Source: an uncultured Acidobacteriota bacterium (lineage in GTDB: Bacteria; Acidobacteriota; Polarisedimenticolia; J045). From it: a DNA stretch of 64,000 nt. Position numbers and translations under genes: made by a program. Position 1 is the stretch's first letter; the number at the start of each line of letters is the position of its first letter. Positions 62,534-64,000 of this stretch are shown piece by piece. The DNA is taken from NCBI GenBank assembly GCA_963702425.1, contig CAVPCQ010000017.1, positions 32,001-96,000 of the forward strand, in the 5' to 3' direction. The notes under the pieces were generated by a model. The model did not search any database. It had not been told where the DNA came from and was given only the letters and a program-made list of their open reading frames with translations.

Positions 62534-63115
62534 TCAGGCCAAACCGATCCCGAATCGCGTTTGAAACGCTCGCCCATGGCCGCGGAACGCCGCGCCCACC
62601 TCCGGGCAGCCCGCGCAGAGCCCGCCCACCAGCAGCGCCAGATCACGCCACTGCGGCCGCGTCTCTTGCTGCGGAGTCGGTGCTCGCGCCCGGCAACTCG
62701 CGAGGTACTCCAGCACGAACGCCCGCCGCCCCAGGAACCCCCGCAGCAGCGCCTGGGCCACGGCGTGGCCCGCCCGCCGCCGCACACGCTGCAACGCGCT
62801 CGACACGCGCGCACCGCGCACGATGCCGGACAGGAAGCACCCCAGTATTTCCGGACCGTGCTGCCGCCGCGGCAGGCAGAAGTCGGACAGCAACGACATG
62901 GTCCGGCCCGTCACCGCACACAGCAGCCGCCGGACCGCGACCCGTTGCTCCGGCTCCGGATCCGGAAGCAGCGCCCACCGCTCGTACCAGCCGTGGCACC
63001 GCAGGGGGTGCCGCGACGCGCAGTACGGACAGCACCGCGTCGCGCCCGTCACGAGTTGCTCGGGCTGCTCCAGGTAGGACTTGATCCCGCCCGGAACCGG
63101 ACATACTCTCTGCAT
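62534..63115 (-). CDS. DUF6431-like zinc-binding protein of the same element
   Basis: CPYC, HGWYER, RRLLC...SLLSDFCLPRRQH. Confidence 0.7.
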   Translation of the reverse strand: MQRVCPVPGGIKSYLEQPEQLVTGATRCCPYCASRHPLRCHGWYERWALLPDPEPEQRVAVRRLLCAVTGRTMSLLSDFCLPRRQHGPEILGCFLSGIVRGARVSSALQRVRRRAGHAVAQALLRGFLGRRAFVLEYLASCRARAPTPQQETRPQWRDLALLVGGLCAGCPEVGAAFRGHGRAFQTRFGIGLA

Positions 63116-63423
63116 CGCATCGGTACGGGGAAACAGCCACTTGCGTCGAAACACGAGCGCTGCTTCCCACGCCTCACGAGCCCCGCAGTTGGCGCTGCGG
63201 GGCTCGACTCTTCTCGGGTGGGTGGTCGCCGGAATCTACCAGAGACTCATCCGGTCGTCGCCTCGGACGTCCGAGACCACAAGACCGTCACTCGCTCGGA
63301 AAGATCGCGGCGCACAAGAGGGCTCTCGGAGCGACGCGGGTGACATTGGTCTGCCCGTAGCACGTGCTCGCGACGTCTCGAACCGCGGTCCGCCTCGCTC
63401 GGCGGTCCGCAGTTCGAGACGCC

Positions 63424-64000
63424 CTATGCCAGTCGCGACAGCACGTGGCGCACTTCGCCGTCGACTTCGACGGGATCGTGCACCGTCGAGGCGATCTCCT
63501 CACGCAGCGCCTTCGCGTAGCGCTCGCGAAGTCGGTGCACCGCGATTCGCAGAGCGCCTTCCGAGCGTTCCAGCTCGGCCGCGAGCTCGCGATACGAGAT
63601 GCGCGCTTCGCTTCCGTCGAGATAGCCCAGCAGCCGTTTGAAGTCCCGGAAGTAACCTCCGTGCCGAGCCGCGCGTTCCAGACGTCTCAAGGCCCGTTGC
63701 CGCACCCGCTCGGCCCACTGGAGCTCGAATTCGTCCTCCGGGGTCCAGTCGTGTGCGAGCACCTCGCCGAGACGTTCGGATGCGTCGTGATCGTCGACTT
63801 CGACGGCGAAGCTGCCGCCCCCGCGCTTCAGCGCGCCAGCGTGCGAGGCCTGGCTCGCGAGAAACTGCTTGAGGGTGTGAAGGAGCAGGGCCCGAAGCCG
63901 ACCCGCTGCCGGGTTTGCCTTGGCCACGAACCGGCGCTCCATCAGGTAGACGAAGTAGGACTGGATGAGATCGCGCGCGTCCTCGTCGGGGTATCCTCGT
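63424..64000 (-). CDS. ECF sigma-70 factor (5' end outside window)
   Basis: GRLRALL, KRGGG, SYRELAAEL..SEGALRIAVHRLRERY. Confidence 0.85.
   Translation of the reverse strand, partial: RGYPDEDARDLIQSYFVYLMERRFVAKANPAAGRLRALLLHTLKQFLASQASHAGALKRGGGSFAVEVDDHDASERLGEVLAHDWTPEDEFELQWAERVRQRALRRLERAARHGGYFRDFKRLLGYLDGSEARISYRELAAELERSEGALRIAVHRLRERYAKALREEIASTVHDPVEVDGEVRHVLSRLA

Overview
High-GC bacterial accessory region dominated by nested mobile DNA. Five direct, same-strand modules repeat across the window. Each is a 5'-truncated IS91/ISCR-like (Y2) transposase fragment, interrupted at a fixed site by a 2.7-3.4 kb large-serine-recombinase (LSR) element, followed by the transposase tail and a sharply ending oriIS-like terminus (TTGAATCGCYTATCCTC). 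Partial or inverted remnants lie at 55.7-57.3 kb. Two LSR element types (A and B) use attB cores 21 bp apart in the transposase gene. In both types, joining the element ends in silico (attP) places an ATG from the right end in frame with the DUF5372/Y4bD-like ORF at the left end, which suggests an excision-dependent gene. The cargo between modules includes an integrase-less integron cassette remnant (attC sites hit by a group IIC intron and an IS110/IS1111 remnant), an RHS locus, a DUF3857/transglutaminase-like pair, secreted proteins and a REC-kinase plus REC-NDT-like pair. IS66, IS21 and other IS elements or remnants are also present. All family assignments come from motif recognition by eye, not database searches. 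Several frameshifts could be sequencing errors, and misassembly at the repeats cannot be excluded.
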